A stretch of DNA of 64,000 nt, taken from Candidatus Multivoradales bacterium (GTDB lineage Bacteria > Acidobacteriota > Thermoanaerobaculia > Multivoradales > JAHEKO01). Shown piece after piece: positions 18,242 to 28,797 of the stretch. The position numbers and the translations under genes are program-made. The notes beneath the pieces were generated by a model, which did no database searches, had not been told where the DNA came from, and saw only the letters and a list, made by a program, of their open reading frames with translations. Location: the NCBI GenBank assembly GCA_965223155.1, contig CBDCVR010000014.1, forward strand, positions 192,001 to 256,000, read 5' to 3'. Position 1 is the stretch's first letter. Every line of letters begins with the position of its first letter.

Positions 18242-20596
18242 TCAGTGAGAGCCGGCTTCGGTCCCGTGCCCGTCTCCCAACCGGAAGGTCGGGAGCTCGA
18301 GCGTCTCGAACGCGTCGGCGCCCTCGACCACCCGCAAGAACCGGTCGAGCGGCACCCGATCGAAGCTCTGCGTCGTGTCCGAGGTGGGCCAGTAGATCTC
18401 CAGCCGCTCGATCTTCGAGGCGGCACCCAGGCCGAGGTGCTGGCGCAGGGGGTTGGCGCCGAAGCTGCCGCCGCTGTTGACGAACTTGTAGATCGAGCGC
18501 GGCTCGCCATCCTCCCGCACGCGGACGTGGATGCGCGCGCCGATCGCTGAGCGGTTCGACGTCGTGCCGACCAGATCCAGCGCCAGCCACCGGTTGCCGA
18601 AGCCGGGGTTCTCGAAGAGGGCGTCGTTGAAGCGATCGCCCGGATAGATCCCCCCCATCTGCTCGAAGACGTCCTGGTCGCCGTCGTTGTCGAGATCGCC
18701 GAAGGCGATGGCATGCCCCTTCTGGAGGTGTCCGAAGCCGCCGTCGTAGGTGACGTCGCGAAAAGCGTCACCACGCCGGTTCGCCAGCATGACGTTCGGC
18801 GCCAGGGCCTCGTAGTCGGGATACCCGGTACCCAGATAGACGTCCGGAAAGCCGTCATTCTCCAGGTCACCAAAGTTGGCTCCCATCGGCAAGTGCAGCT
18901 TGGTCAAGCCGCGGCTCGAAGCCACGTCCTCGAAGCCGCCGGTTCCGTCGCCCCGGTAGAGCCTGGGCGGCTCGGCATTGTGCTCGAGGCCCAGATAGCT
19001 CGCCACCGTGGAGGCCAGAGCGTCCTTGTCGCCACGGTAGCTCGGCACGTAGAGATCCAGGGCGCCGTCGTTGTCGAAGTCCCAGAACCAGACCGGGAAC
19101 GAATAGACCGGCCCCTCGACCCCGGCCTCCCGGGCGACGTCGGTGAACGTGCCGTCCCGGTCGTTGCGATAGAGGCGATTCTCACCGCCGTTGACCGAGG
19201 TGTAGAGGTCCGGGTACCGGTCGCCGTCGAAGTCGCCCCAGACGACTCCCTTGACGAAGCGGAGATTCTGGACGCCGGCTTGGCGGGCGACGTCCTCGAA
19301 GGTGCCGTCGCCGTTGTTGCGAAAGAGCTGGCTCGGCGCCCACACATCCGGGGCGTGCTCGTTGCCGACGTAGAGATCCAGATCGCCGTCGTTGTCGTAG
19401 TCCGCCCAGGCCGCGGTCTGGGTCGGATAGTGCGCTTCGCCCAGGCCCGCTTGAAACGTCACGTCCGTGAAGGTGCCGTCCCCGTTGTTGCGGACCAGCG
19501 AGTTGGGGTGCCGGCCGGCGTTGCCCATCCAGGCTCCGCGCAGAATGTAGAGGTCCACGTCGCCGTCGTTGTCGTAGTCCGCTTGGACGGTGTTGATGCC
19601 GCCGTAGAGATCGCCCAGCCCGGCCGGCTCTGCCCGCTCCTCGAACGTGCCGTCGCCCCGGTTGGCGAACAAGTGAATCCGGCTCTCGGGGTCGAAGGTC
19701 GTGGTCAAGACGTCCAGCAAGCCATCGCCGTCGAGATCGTCCATCACGGCGCTGCCGTACAGGCTGTGGGTATCCATCCCCAGCTTGCCGGCGACGTTCG
19801 GGAACCGCGGGAAGGGCTCCTCCGAGCGGAAGGCCTCGACCGGGATCCGCCACGGCGCCGGTACCCCTTGCGGGTACTCGCCCACGGTCATGGCCGCCAG
19901 GTTGAGCAGCCAGTGAGCCTTGAGGTAAAGCGTTCGGTCCCGCCGGTCCTCGGGATCCAGGCGCCGCAGCGCCTCCTGGAAGTACTCCATCGCCCGGCGC
20001 GAGCCGGACTCGTCCACGTGCCGGCCGCCGCCGCGAATCGGCAAGATGCAGCTCTCGGGCGAGTGCCGGAGCCGGCAGTTCTGGGTCTCGGCCACGCGCA
20101 GATGGGCAACGCCCAGCTCGAAGAGGGACATGACCGCGAGTCCCGGCTCGAGGCCGGGCTCGACCTCTGCCAACATCTTCCGGGCCCGGGTCATCTGGCG
20201 AATGGCCTCGTCCTCCCGCCCCAGGCGCAGCTCGGCCACCCCCAGGGTCACGTGCAGGTACCAGCGCTCCCTGGGATCCGCCGCCGAGTCCAGGGCCTCC
20301 AAACGCCGGCGCCGGCGACGGGCGTCGAGATCCCCCAGCCAGACGTTCTCGTCCGCGGTGCGCTCCAGAATGGCCTGGAGCGCCCGGACCATCTCATGAT
20401 GGCTCGCGGCCGGTTCGAGACCGCGCTCGATGGCTGCCGGCGGCGACGGGCCGGCGGCGAGCGCGGCGGGTGGCCCAGCGGGGCCGCCGGCGGCCCCGCC
20501 GCCAGCCCCCCAGACACTCCAGGCAAGGATGAGGAGTCCGACCGCGATCCCCGCCTTGGCTCTTCCTGTCCGGGACGATCCGGCAGCTCCCGCCAT
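18242..20596 (-). CDS. Secreted CRTAC1/ASPIC-UnbV-family FG-GAP repeat protein
   Basis: Repeated DYDNDGDxDLY and NNGDGTFTDV units; C-terminal NRSAIGARI...GGSFG...HLGLG (ASPIC/UnbV). Confidence 0.9.
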   Translation of the reverse strand: MAGAAGSSRTGRAKAGIAVGLLILAWSVWGAGGGAAGGPAGPPAALAAGPSPPAAIERGLEPAASHHEMVRALQAILERTADENVWLGDLDARRRRRRLEALDSAADPRERWYLHVTLGVAELRLGREDEAIRQMTRARKMLAEVEPGLEPGLAVMSLFELGVAHLRVAETQNCRLRHSPESCILPIRGGGRHVDESGSRRAMEYFQEALRRLDPEDRRDRTLYLKAHWLLNLAAMTVGEYPQGVPAPWRIPVEAFRSEEPFPRFPNVAGKLGMDTHSLYGSAVMDDLDGDGLLDVLTTTFDPESRIHLFANRGDGTFEERAEPAGLGDLYGGINTVQADYDNDGDVDLYILRGAWMGNAGRHPNSLVRNNGDGTFTDVTFQAGLGEAHYPTQTAAWADYDNDGDLDLYVGNEHAPDVWAPSQLFRNNGDGTFEDVARQAGVQNLRFVKGVVWGDFDGDRYPDLYTSVNGGENRLYRNDRDGTFTDVAREAGVEGPVYSFPVWFWDFDNDGALDLYVPSYRGDKDALASTVASYLGLEHNAEPPRLYRGDGTGGFEDVASSRGLTKLHLPMGANFGDLENDGFPDVYLGTGYPDYEALAPNVMLANRRGDAFRDVTYDGGFGHLQKGHAIAFGDLDNDGDQDVFEQMGGIYPGDRFNDALFENPGFGNRWLALDLVGTTSNRSAIGARIHVRVREDGEPRSIYKFVNSGGSFGANPLRQHLGLGAASKIERLEIYWPTSDTTQSFDRVPLDRFLRVVEGADAFETLELPTFRLGDGHGTEAGSH

Positions 20597-20635
20597 CGGA
20601 CAAGGCTAGCAGCCTGCGGCGGGCCCGGCGTCATC

Positions 20636-20690
20636 CCAGACGGGGCCAGACGGGCTCAGACGGGGCCAATCGGGGCCGGACGGGGCCGCG
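20636..20690. repeat. Intergenic 10-bp degenerate tandem repeat (CGGGGCCAGA-like, about 5 copies)
   Basis: cggggccaga cgggctcaga cggggccaat cggggccgga cggggccgcg at 20641-20690. Confidence 0.75.
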
Positions 20691-20823
20691 GTCTCCAGCG
20701 TCCTCTGCATCCTCCAGCACGGGCGAGCGCGCCATCGAACGTCAGAAGGCACCAGAGACCGGGCCCACCCGATCGATTCGAACTCAGCCGGGTCGTCCGA
20801 TCCGGCCGACCTGGCCGATCGGG

Positions 20824-21579
20824 CTAGCGGTTGAGCTCCACCAGCTCCAGAATTTCGTCCAGAACGATGCCGACCCGAGGGCAGTAGAGCTTTAGGTCGC
20901 CACCCGCGTCCGGCTCGAAGGCGCTGCTGTCCAAGACGGCAACACAGTCTTCGAAGGTCCCGGCGTCGGTCTCGACCGTCAGTCCCATATCGACATTGCG
21001 GCCCCGGTCCAGGGCAACTCCAGGCGCGACTTCCTGGAAGTAGCGGGCTCCAAGGAGGAAGCGCCCCGGGAACAAGATCCCGGGCTGGGCGCCGTCCACG
21101 CCGGCCAGCCAGGCGCCCTCGTGGTCCACGATCTCGCCGTCCTCGTAGTCGTCAACGTCTTCACCGAAGTAGAAGACGTCGCCGGTCTCGCGGCAAATGG
21201 CGACGAAGTTCTTGGAGATCTCGACCAACTCGTCGTCCTCGAACTCGCGCTCCTCGAGAACCCGGGCCCGCAGTGTCACCGCGGCGCCATCCGGGCTCGT
21301 GAAACTGATCTTCCGGGTCTTGCGCAGGACCGTGATTTCGGCCCGGATCTCGATCAGCTCGCCGTCGTCTTCTTCCTCCCCAACCAGGATGTTCTGATGG
21401 CCGGGCTTCAGGGGAAAGTAGCGGTTCTGGTTGCCGCGCGAGCGCCAGGTGCAGTCCTCGGGCCGAAACTCGGTGGTGAACTGCGCGGGAGCCGGGCCCG
21501 CGAACAGTGCGAGGATCACGGCGGCTCCGAGGACTCCGACCAGCAGTCGGCGGGATTCAGGAATGGTTAGCGACTCCAT
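20824..21579 (-). CDS. Hypothetical secreted protein
   Basis: Signal peptide ending APA-Q; NRYFPLKPG...VFYFGEDVDDY...TDAGTFEDC; GGAG upstream of the start. Confidence 0.75.
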   Translation of the reverse strand: MESLTIPESRRLLVGVLGAAVILALFAGPAPAQFTTEFRPEDCTWRSRGNQNRYFPLKPGHQNILVGEEEDDGELIEIRAEITVLRKTRKISFTSPDGAAVTLRARVLEEREFEDDELVEISKNFVAICRETGDVFYFGEDVDDYEDGEIVDHEGAWLAGVDGAQPGILFPGRFLLGARYFQEVAPGVALDRGRNVDMGLTVETDAGTFEDCVAVLDSSAFEPDAGGDLKLYCPRVGIVLDEILELVELNR

Positions 21580-21671
21580 AACGTCTCCTTTCGAGGGCGG
21601 CCGCGGCGTGCTTGCCGCGTGCCGTCTGCTCTCTTGGATGCCGTCGCCGCCGGAATCCTTCGCCTGATCTC

Positions 21672-23339
21672 TTACATGCTGAGCAAACCGACCGGCTCGC
21701 CGTCCACCAGATCCATCTCCAGCGCCTGGGGCGAGGGCGGCAGGCCGGGCATGCGCATGATGTCGCCCAGAAGCGGCACCACGAAGCCGGCACCGGCCGA
21801 GATCACGAAGCCCCGCACCGTGATCTCAAAGTCCCGCGGCCGGCCGGCGCGCCTGGGATCGTCGGTGAGCGAGGTCGGCGTCTTGGCGACGCACAGAGGC
21901 AGCTCCCCGAAGCCCAGCTCCTGAATGCGCTTCATGTCGGCCTTCGCCTGTTTGGTGTAGACGATCGACTTGGCCCCGTACATGGTGCCGGCGATCTTCT
22001 GCATCTTGTCCTGGATCGGCTCGGACCAGTCATAGAGCGGCTGGAAGGGGTTCGAGGTGCGTTCGGCGTGCTCGAGGAGAGTCTGCGCAAGCTCGGTGGC
22101 GCCGGCACCGCCCCGGGCGAAGCCGTCGCAGACCGCGAACGGCGCGCCGTCCTCGGCACAGGCCGCTCGCACGACCTCGATTTCTTCGTCGGTGTCGGTG
22201 GCGAAGCGGTTGAGGGCCACCACCGGCACCTCGCCGAAGGCGCGAATGCTCTCGATGTGCTTGTGCAGGTTGTCGAGGCCGCGCTTGACCCCCTTGGGGT
22301 TGGGCTTGGCGATGTCCTTTCGCTTGACCCGGCCGTGCCGCTTGAGGGCGCGCACGGTCGCCACCAGGACGACCGCGGCGGTGTCCAAACCCGCGGAGGT
22401 GCACTTGATGTCGAAGAATTTCTCGGCTCCCAGGTCGAAGCCGAAACCGGCCTCGGTGACGACCCAATCGGCATGGGCAAGGGCCATCTTCGTGGCCAGC
22501 ACCGAGTTGCAGCCGTGGGCGATGTTGGCGAACGGCCCCCCGTGAATGAAGGTCGGCACGCCCTCGACGGTCTGAACCAGGTTCGGCATCAGGGCGTCCT
22601 TGAGGAGCACCATCATCGCGCCTACCGCGCCGATGTCGCCGGCGGTCACGGGCTCGTCGCGGAAGGTGAAGGCAACCAGCAACCGCGAGAGCCGCTCGCG
22701 CAGATCGGCCTCGCCCTCGGCCAGGCACAAGACCGCCATGATTTCCGAGGCCGCGGTGATGTCGAAGCCGGTCTCGCGCGGAACGCCCTGGAGCTTGCCG
22801 CCCAGGCCGATGACGATGTCGCGCAGCGCCCGGTCGTTTAGGTCCACGACCCGGCGCCACAGCACCCGCCGCGAATCGATGCGCAAGGCGTTGCCCTGGT
22901 AGATGTGGTTGTCGACCATCGCCGCCAGCAGGTTGTTGGCCGCGGTGATGGCGTGAAAGTCGCCGGTGAAATGGAGGTTGATGTCGCCGGCCGGCACCAC
23001 GATCGCCTTGCCGCCGCCGGTAGCGCCCCCCTTCTTGCCGAAAGTCGGGCCCAGGGACGGCTCGCGCAGGGCCAGGCAGACGCGCTCTCCGACCGCCGCC
23101 AGCCCTTGGGCCAGGCCGATCGAGGTCGTGGTCTTGCCTTCGCCGGCACTGGTTGGGGTAATGGCCGAGACCAGCACCAGATGGCCGTTGCCGCCGCGGG
23201 CCTCCAGCCCGGCCGAACATGCCGCCAGCCGGACCTTGGCCTTGTCCTCGCCATACGGCACCAGGTGCTCGGCCGCGATCCCCAGATCGGCCGCTACGTC
23301 TTGGATCGGGCGCGGTCCGGATGTGCTTGTCTCAGGCAT
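21672..23339 (-). CDS. fhs: Formate-tetrahydrofolate ligase
   Basis: TPTSAGEGKTT, LREPSLGP, INLHFTGDFHAI, HGGPFANIAHGCNS, TEAGFG and IMRMPGLP motifs. Confidence 0.97.
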   Translation of the reverse strand: MPETSTSGPRPIQDVAADLGIAAEHLVPYGEDKAKVRLAACSAGLEARGGNGHLVLVSAITPTSAGEGKTTTSIGLAQGLAAVGERVCLALREPSLGPTFGKKGGATGGGKAIVVPAGDINLHFTGDFHAITAANNLLAAMVDNHIYQGNALRIDSRRVLWRRVVDLNDRALRDIVIGLGGKLQGVPRETGFDITAASEIMAVLCLAEGEADLRERLSRLLVAFTFRDEPVTAGDIGAVGAMMVLLKDALMPNLVQTVEGVPTFIHGGPFANIAHGCNSVLATKMALAHADWVVTEAGFGFDLGAEKFFDIKCTSAGLDTAAVVLVATVRALKRHGRVKRKDIAKPNPKGVKRGLDNLHKHIESIRAFGEVPVVALNRFATDTDEEIEVVRAACAEDGAPFAVCDGFARGGAGATELAQTLLEHAERTSNPFQPLYDWSEPIQDKMQKIAGTMYGAKSIVYTKQAKADMKRIQELGFGELPLCVAKTPTSLTDDPRRAGRPRDFEITVRGFVISAGAGFVVPLLGDIMRMPGLPPSPQALEMDLVDGEPVGLLSM

Positions 23340-23490
23340 TCGACTCTCCCTTCGCGAAACCGGTCAACAGAGGTGCGTCGCGGCAAAGTCCCGGCCGCAA
23401 GACGCCAAGAGCGTCATTAGACGCCATTCGCGGCCGAGTTTTCAAGCAGGGAGCGCGGCCGCGCCGGTGGTAGCCTCGCGTGCCGCGACC

Positions 23491-24321
23491 ATGTGCCTGC
23501 TGATCGCCCTCCACCGTACTCATCCCGAGGCCGCGCTCATCATCGCCGCCAACCGTGACGAGTTGTTGGCTCGACCGGCGACTCCGATGACCGTCCTGCA
23601 GGAGAGCGGGCCCCGCATCCTGGGCGGTCGCGACCTCGTGGCCGGTGGAACCTGGCTGGCGGTCAACGAGCACGGCGTCGCGGCGGCCCTGACCAACCGC
23701 GCAGCGGCGGTCGGGAGGCAGGGCTTGCGCTCGCGGGGCGAATGGCCGATCTTTCTAGCCGGCCACTCGAGCGCGGCCAAAGCGGCGCGGGCGTTCTGCG
23801 CCACCTTCTCGCCGGCGGACTTCAGCCCCGGCTGGGTTCTGGTCGGCGACGGCACCGCCCTCTTCTACATCGCCATGGACCGGGAGCGAGAACCGGTCCC
23901 GGTCGAACTTGGAGCTGGCATGCACGTCCTCGAGAACCGTCCCTTGCACGTCCTCTCGCCCAAGGCCATGGCCGTACGCCGGCGGCTCCAGGGCATCCAG
24001 GACCTGGACGGCGCCGAGCTCGAGACGACCCTGATGACTCTTCTCGCCGGGCACGAAGCGCCGCGGGCCGCCCGCACCCTACGCTCGACCCGCCCGCCGG
24101 AAGCGCAGTGTCCCTGCGTCCACCTCGGCCCCTACGGCACCAGGTCCTCGGCCTTGGTCCGCATCGACGAAGGACGTTCGCCGCGGATCTCGTTTTCCGA
24201 GGGCCCCCCCTGCACTCACGACTTCCGCGACGCCACCGGCTTGTGGCGCCCGACGGACGGCGCCGGCCCGGACGGGGACCGAACCAGCAGCGTGTCTCGG
24301 GACGCCGCCGAAACACGATAG
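23491..24321 (+). CDS. NRDE/TANGO2-family protein
   Basis: N-terminal MC, AANRDE, GGTWL, SRG and YGTRSS motifs. Confidence 0.9.
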   Translation: MCLLIALHRTHPEAALIIAANRDELLARPATPMTVLQESGPRILGGRDLVAGGTWLAVNEHGVAAALTNRAAAVGRQGLRSRGEWPIFLAGHSSAAKAARAFCATFSPADFSPGWVLVGDGTALFYIAMDREREPVPVELGAGMHVLENRPLHVLSPKAMAVRRRLQGIQDLDGAELETTLMTLLAGHEAPRAARTLRSTRPPEAQCPCVHLGPYGTRSSALVRIDEGRSPRISFSEGPPCTHDFRDATGLWRPTDGAGPDGDRTSSVSRDAAETR

Positions 24322-24354
24322 ATTCCCGTCCCGGCCCCACTTCCTTCAGAAGCC

Positions 24355-24837
24355 ATGAAAGACAAACACGTTCGCATCCGTATCGAGCAGTGCCTGGCGC
24401 TCGCCAAGGCGTCCAACTGCCCGCGCCGGAAGTTCGGCGCCCTGCTCCTGGATCCCGAGCGCAACGTGGTCTTGATGGATGGGTACAACGGCGGCCCCCG
24501 GGCCGGCGGCGAGCTCTGCGGCGGCGACGTGTGCGTGCGCGATGAGCGCGGCATCCCTTCGGGACAGCGCATGGAGCTGGGCTGCCATCACGCCGAGATG
24601 AACGTGATCTGCAACTGCGCCGCCGCCGGCGTCGCCGCCAAGGGCGCCTGGCTCTTCGTCACCGGCGAGCCCTGTGTCCTGTGCGCCAAGCTGATCCACC
24701 ACGCCGGCATCACCAAGGTCATCATCGTGGGCGGGGGCTACGCCGGCGAGAACGGCGTCGGCTATCTCCTCGAGCACGGCGTTCTGGTCCAGGCCGTTGC
24801 CGGGCCTCAGGACGAGCGCCTGTCCGGCCTGGCCTAG
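24355..24837 (+). CDS. dCMP deaminase-like zinc-dependent deaminase
   Basis: GYNG, HAEMN and PCVLC motifs. Confidence 0.9.
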   Translation: MKDKHVRIRIEQCLALAKASNCPRRKFGALLLDPERNVVLMDGYNGGPRAGGELCGGDVCVRDERGIPSGQRMELGCHHAEMNVICNCAAAGVAAKGAWLFVTGEPCVLCAKLIHHAGITKVIIVGGGYAGENGVGYLLEHGVLVQAVAGPQDERLSGLA

Positions 24838-24986
24838 GCACCCGGCGCGGCCCGGTTCCCGGCCCAACCGGGCCTCAGCCAGGGCCGAGAAGCGCGCTTG
24901 GGTTCCAAGGGGCCGACGAGCAGACCAGGGTGGCACATTCCTGGCGGAACCCTTGCGCCGCCTTCCCGTAGTAGCTTGGAGCTCCG

Positions 24987-27035
24987 ATGAAGATCCGCAA
25001 CCAGCTCGTCGTCGCCTTTCTCCTGCTGGCGATCGTGCCCATGACCGCGATCGTGCTCTATAGCTACCTGGCGTCGGAACGAGCGGTGCGCGCCGCGGTC
25101 GAAGCCGAAGCGGCGGCCATGACCGAGGAGATGGAGCGCCAGGTAGGCAAGGTCCAGGGCGAGATTCGGAGACGGGTCGAGGGTATCTCCGCGTTCCGCT
25201 TCCGGCAGTTGACGGCAAGCGAGGAAGCCGAGCTGGAAGACACCGCTTCGGCCCGTACCCTGGTCTCCGAGCTGGGCGACAACGCGCCGCTGGTGCGTTC
25301 TTTCGAGTTCGTTCCCGCCCATCCCGAGCCCGCCGGTCCCGGCGGCAACGATGCCGCACTGGCTCCAACGGCTCCACTGGCTCCACTGGCTCAAGGGGCG
25401 CCACTGGTACCAGTGGTGATCGATTTTCAACAGCTCCGCGCCAGCGTCTCGGCCAGTTTCGAAGCCATCGCCGGCGCCAACCTGCCTGAGGGGGTGGACG
25501 GAGAGGCCTTGCGCTCGGCCGCCTTGGAGGGGCTGGAAGCGATCGAGATCGACCGTCGCGAGATCGAGACCCGCCTGGAAGAGATCGCCCGAGAGCGAGC
25601 CGCCAAGCACGAACGGAAGGCGCAGGCGCGAGAGCTTGCCACGGAGGCCGAAGCCGCCGCCGCGGAGGTCTCGGCGGAGACCGAATTCCTCGTGCATCTG
25701 GACTCGGAGCTCGAAGTGCCGGTCTTCGAAGGCACCGACCGCATCGGCGAGATCAAGACGCGGCTCCATAGCGAGGAGCTACTGCGCCGGATCTTCGCGA
25801 GCGCGGCGCGCCGGAAGGGCGAGATTCCCTTCGCCCTGGCCGAGGACGGCGGCGTGCTGACCTCCGGGGACGACGATCGCCAGGCACTCGCCTCGATCGG
25901 GCTGATCGAGCGCGCCGCGGCCGGCAGTCTGCCCCAGACCCTGGTCCTCGACAACTGGGTCGTGGTCACCAGCCGCGAGGGCGAGACCGGCGCTCGGCTG
26001 GGTATCGCCCGGCCCATTCGAGAGTCTCTGGCCCAGCTCCGCGTCACCGCGATGACCAACTTCGCCTTTGGTGCCGGCCTCATCGGCCTGGCGCTTCTGG
26101 GCGTCTTGCCCTTGGCGCACCGCCTCACCAAAGGCCTGCGCCGGGTTACCGCGGTCGCCGAGCGCCTGGCCACGGGCGACCTTGAAGCGCGCGTGGACGT
26201 CCGGTCGGGGAACGAGCTCGGCCAGCTCGCCCGCGCTTTCAACGACATGGCCTCCGATCTCCAGGACAACCAGGAACGCCTGGTGCATCAGGAGTTGCTC
26301 CAGGCCGAGTACGAGCGCAAGAGTCGCGAGCTCGAGGAGGCGCGGGCGTTCCAACTCTCCCTCCTGCCGCGCGAGCTGCCGTCCCATCCCTTCTTCGAGG
26401 TCGCCGCGGCGATGAAGACCGCCACCGAGGTCGGAGGCGACTACTACGACTTCCGGCTTTCCCCGGACGGCGAGCTCACCGCCGCGGTCGGAGACGCCAC
26501 CGGCCACGGCGCTCGAGCCGGCACCATGGTGACCGTGGTCAAGAGCCTCTTTACCACCTACCCTCCGGACCGCCGTCTGGCCGACTTCCATGCCCGCGCC
26601 GCCCGCGGCATCCGCCGCATGGAACTGGGCCGGATGTCGATGGCGCTGACCCTGGTACGGCTGACCCGTGAGCGCCTGACCGTCTCCTCCGCCGGCATGC
26701 CCCCGGTCCTGGTGCATCGGGCTCAGACCGGATCGATCGAGGAGATCGCGCTTCAGGGCATGCCCCTGGGCGGGCTGGATCTCGAGTACGACGAGGCCGG
26801 CGTCGAGCTGGCCGGCGGCGACACCGTGCTCCTGATGAGCGACGGTTTCCCGGAGCTGACCAACGCCGAAGACGAGGCCTTGGGCTACGACGGCGCCCGG
26901 GACCGGTTCGCCGCGGCCGCTTCGGCGGGCCCGGAAGGCGTCGTAGCCGAGCTCTTGCGCGAGGCGGACGCCTGGGCCGGCGGCCCGGACGCGCTCACCG
27001 ACGACATCACCTTCGTGGCGATTCGTCTGCGTTGA
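24987..27035 (+). CDS. Membrane sensor with HAMP and SpoIIE/PP2C phosphatase domains
   Basis: Two TM segments, HAMP (NELGQLARAFNDM), PP2C motifs GGDYYD, GDATGHG, SDG, DDIT. Confidence 0.9.
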   Translation: MKIRNQLVVAFLLLAIVPMTAIVLYSYLASERAVRAAVEAEAAAMTEEMERQVGKVQGEIRRRVEGISAFRFRQLTASEEAELEDTASARTLVSELGDNAPLVRSFEFVPAHPEPAGPGGNDAALAPTAPLAPLAQGAPLVPVVIDFQQLRASVSASFEAIAGANLPEGVDGEALRSAALEGLEAIEIDRREIETRLEEIARERAAKHERKAQARELATEAEAAAAEVSAETEFLVHLDSELEVPVFEGTDRIGEIKTRLHSEELLRRIFASAARRKGEIPFALAEDGGVLTSGDDDRQALASIGLIERAAAGSLPQTLVLDNWVVVTSREGETGARLGIARPIRESLAQLRVTAMTNFAFGAGLIGLALLGVLPLAHRLTKGLRRVTAVAERLATGDLEARVDVRSGNELGQLARAFNDMASDLQDNQERLVHQELLQAEYERKSRELEEARAFQLSLLPRELPSHPFFEVAAAMKTATEVGGDYYDFRLSPDGELTAAVGDATGHGARAGTMVTVVKSLFTTYPPDRRLADFHARAARGIRRMELGRMSMALTLVRLTRERLTVSSAGMPPVLVHRAQTGSIEEIALQGMPLGGLDLEYDEAGVELAGGDTVLLMSDGFPELTNAEDEALGYDGARDRFAAAASAGPEGVVAELLREADAWAGGPDALTDDITFVAIRLR

Positions 27036-27116
27036 ACCGCGGCCGGCTCGACCGATCCCCCGACAGGGATCGGAGAGAACAGCTCGAGTCTCGATACCTC
27101 GAAGTCGGCTGGCGGA

Positions 27117-28679
27117 TCACGGATACGTGTACGCCGCCTGCAAGCCCAGCGGGATTCCCAGCATCCAGTAGAGGACCAGGAAGATCGTCCAGAGCGCCAG
27201 GAGCGACACCGAGTACGGCAACATCAGCGAGGTCACCGTGCCGATGCCGGTCTTCTTGACCCAGCGCTGGCTGAAGGCCACCACCAGCGGGAAGTAGGGC
27301 ATGAGCGGCGTGATGATGTTGGTGGTCGAGTCCCCGACCCGGTAGGCCGCCTGGGTCAGCTCGGGCGAGAGCCCGACCTGCATCAGGATGGGCACGAAGA
27401 TCGGCGCCAGAAGCGCCCACTTACCCGAAGCCGAGCCCACCAGCAGATTGACCAGAGCGCTCAGCAGGATGATGCCTATGATGGTCACGGTGCCGGGCAG
27501 ACCCAGGGCCTTGAGTACGTCTGCTCCCTTCACCGCCAGAAGCGCACCCAGATTGGACCGTCCGAAGGCGGCCGTGAACTGGGCACAGAAGAAGATCATC
27601 GTCAGGTAGTAGCCCATGGTCGCCATGGTCTTGCTCATCCCCTGAATCAGGTCCCGGTGGCTCTTGACGGTGCCGGCGACGTAGCCGTACACCGCCCCGG
27701 GGATCAGAAAGAGCAAGAAGATCAGGGGCACGATGGATTGCATGATCGGAGCGCTGAACGAAGTGATCGAGCCATCGGCCGAGCGCAGCGGCGAGTTCTC
27801 CGGCCACACCCACCAGGCCAGCAACAGGACTCCGAGGACCATCGCCGCCATGCCTGCCCACAATCCCTTGCGCTCGCGCTTGGACAGGTCGTGCATCTTG
27901 GCGCTTTCGAGATCGTCGCCGTCGATCTCGGTGCCCTTGAGCCGGGGCTCGATGATCTTGTCCGTGATGTACCAGCCCACCAGGATCACCAGGATGCTGG
28001 ACGCGCTGGTGAAGAGCCAGTTGCAGAGCGGATTGACCTCGCGCACCGGATCCAGGATCTGTGCCGCCGACTGGGTGAAGCCCTGGAGCAGCGGATCGAT
28101 CCCCGACGGAATGAAGTTGGCGCTGAAGCCGCCGGAGACGCCGGCGAAGGCGCAGGCTATGCCGGCCAGCGGGTGGCGGCCGGCAGCGTAGAAGATCACT
28201 CCGCCCAGGGGGATGACCAGGACGTAGCCGGCGTCGGCGGCGGTGTGGCTCACGATCGCCACCAACAGCAGCATCGGCGACAGCAGCCAGCGCGGGGTCA
28301 GGTTGATGAGGCCCTTGAGGCCGGCGGTGATGAATCCCGCCTGCTCGGCAACGCCGACTCCGAGCAAGGCCACCAGCACCACCCCCAGGGGCGCGAACCC
28401 GGTGAAGGTCGTGACCATGCCCGACAGGAAGGCGGCCAGGGCGCCGCCGGTGAGCTGGTTCTGGACCGCGAGCTGCCGAACGCCGTCTTTGCCCGGCACG
28501 GAGAACTGATAGTCCGCCAGCAGCCAGGACAGGATCCAGACCGCGGCCAGCGCGATGACGAAGAGCATCGCCGGGTCCGGCAGCTTGTTGCCGACCCTTT
28601 CGACCCAAGCCAGCGCGCGCTCGACCCAACCTTTAGACGAGCTCTCCGGTGCCGGTACCGCCTTCTTGCCTTCACTCAT
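27117..28679 (-). CDS. AbgT-family transporter
   Basis: VERVGNKLPDP, GRHPLAG, GVSGGFSAN and AYRVGDSTTNIITPLMPYF motifs. Confidence 0.95.
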   Translation of the reverse strand: MSEGKKAVPAPESSSKGWVERALAWVERVGNKLPDPAMLFVIALAAVWILSWLLADYQFSVPGKDGVRQLAVQNQLTGGALAAFLSGMVTTFTGFAPLGVVLVALLGVGVAEQAGFITAGLKGLINLTPRWLLSPMLLLVAIVSHTAADAGYVLVIPLGGVIFYAAGRHPLAGIACAFAGVSGGFSANFIPSGIDPLLQGFTQSAAQILDPVREVNPLCNWLFTSASSILVILVGWYITDKIIEPRLKGTEIDGDDLESAKMHDLSKRERKGLWAGMAAMVLGVLLLAWWVWPENSPLRSADGSITSFSAPIMQSIVPLIFLLFLIPGAVYGYVAGTVKSHRDLIQGMSKTMATMGYYLTMIFFCAQFTAAFGRSNLGALLAVKGADVLKALGLPGTVTIIGIILLSALVNLLVGSASGKWALLAPIFVPILMQVGLSPELTQAAYRVGDSTTNIITPLMPYFPLVVAFSQRWVKKTGIGTVTSLMLPYSVSLLALWTIFLVLYWMLGIPLGLQAAYTYP

Positions 28680-28797
28680 GACCTACTCCTCGAGGAAAGG
28701 CCGAGTCTAACCCGCCGGAGCGGCGGAACGGCGCACTCGCGGCCCGTGGTGGAAGTCGCGATGGTCGCGCGACAAGGGTCGATGGTGGAGGCGCTGA

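Noticed and set aside
18242-20596. Internal DNA repeats in the CRTAC1-like gene
   Set aside because: Explained by FG-GAP protein repeats.
18713-20827. Long antisense or alternate-frame ORFs (also 2948..4465, 27657..29585, 38540..40516, 60064..61725 and many others)
   Set aside because: Shadow ORFs expected at high GC; they overlap motif-supported genes and show no recognisable motifs.
23340-23490. ZTP or THF riboswitch upstream of fhs
   Set aside because: Conserved aptamer sequences not seen by eye; an Rfam scan would settle it.
21672-24837. fhs and dCMP deaminase as part of the purine cluster or a defence system
   Set aside because: About 12 kb away from the purine genes, in ordinary housekeeping context, with no defence-associated neighbours.
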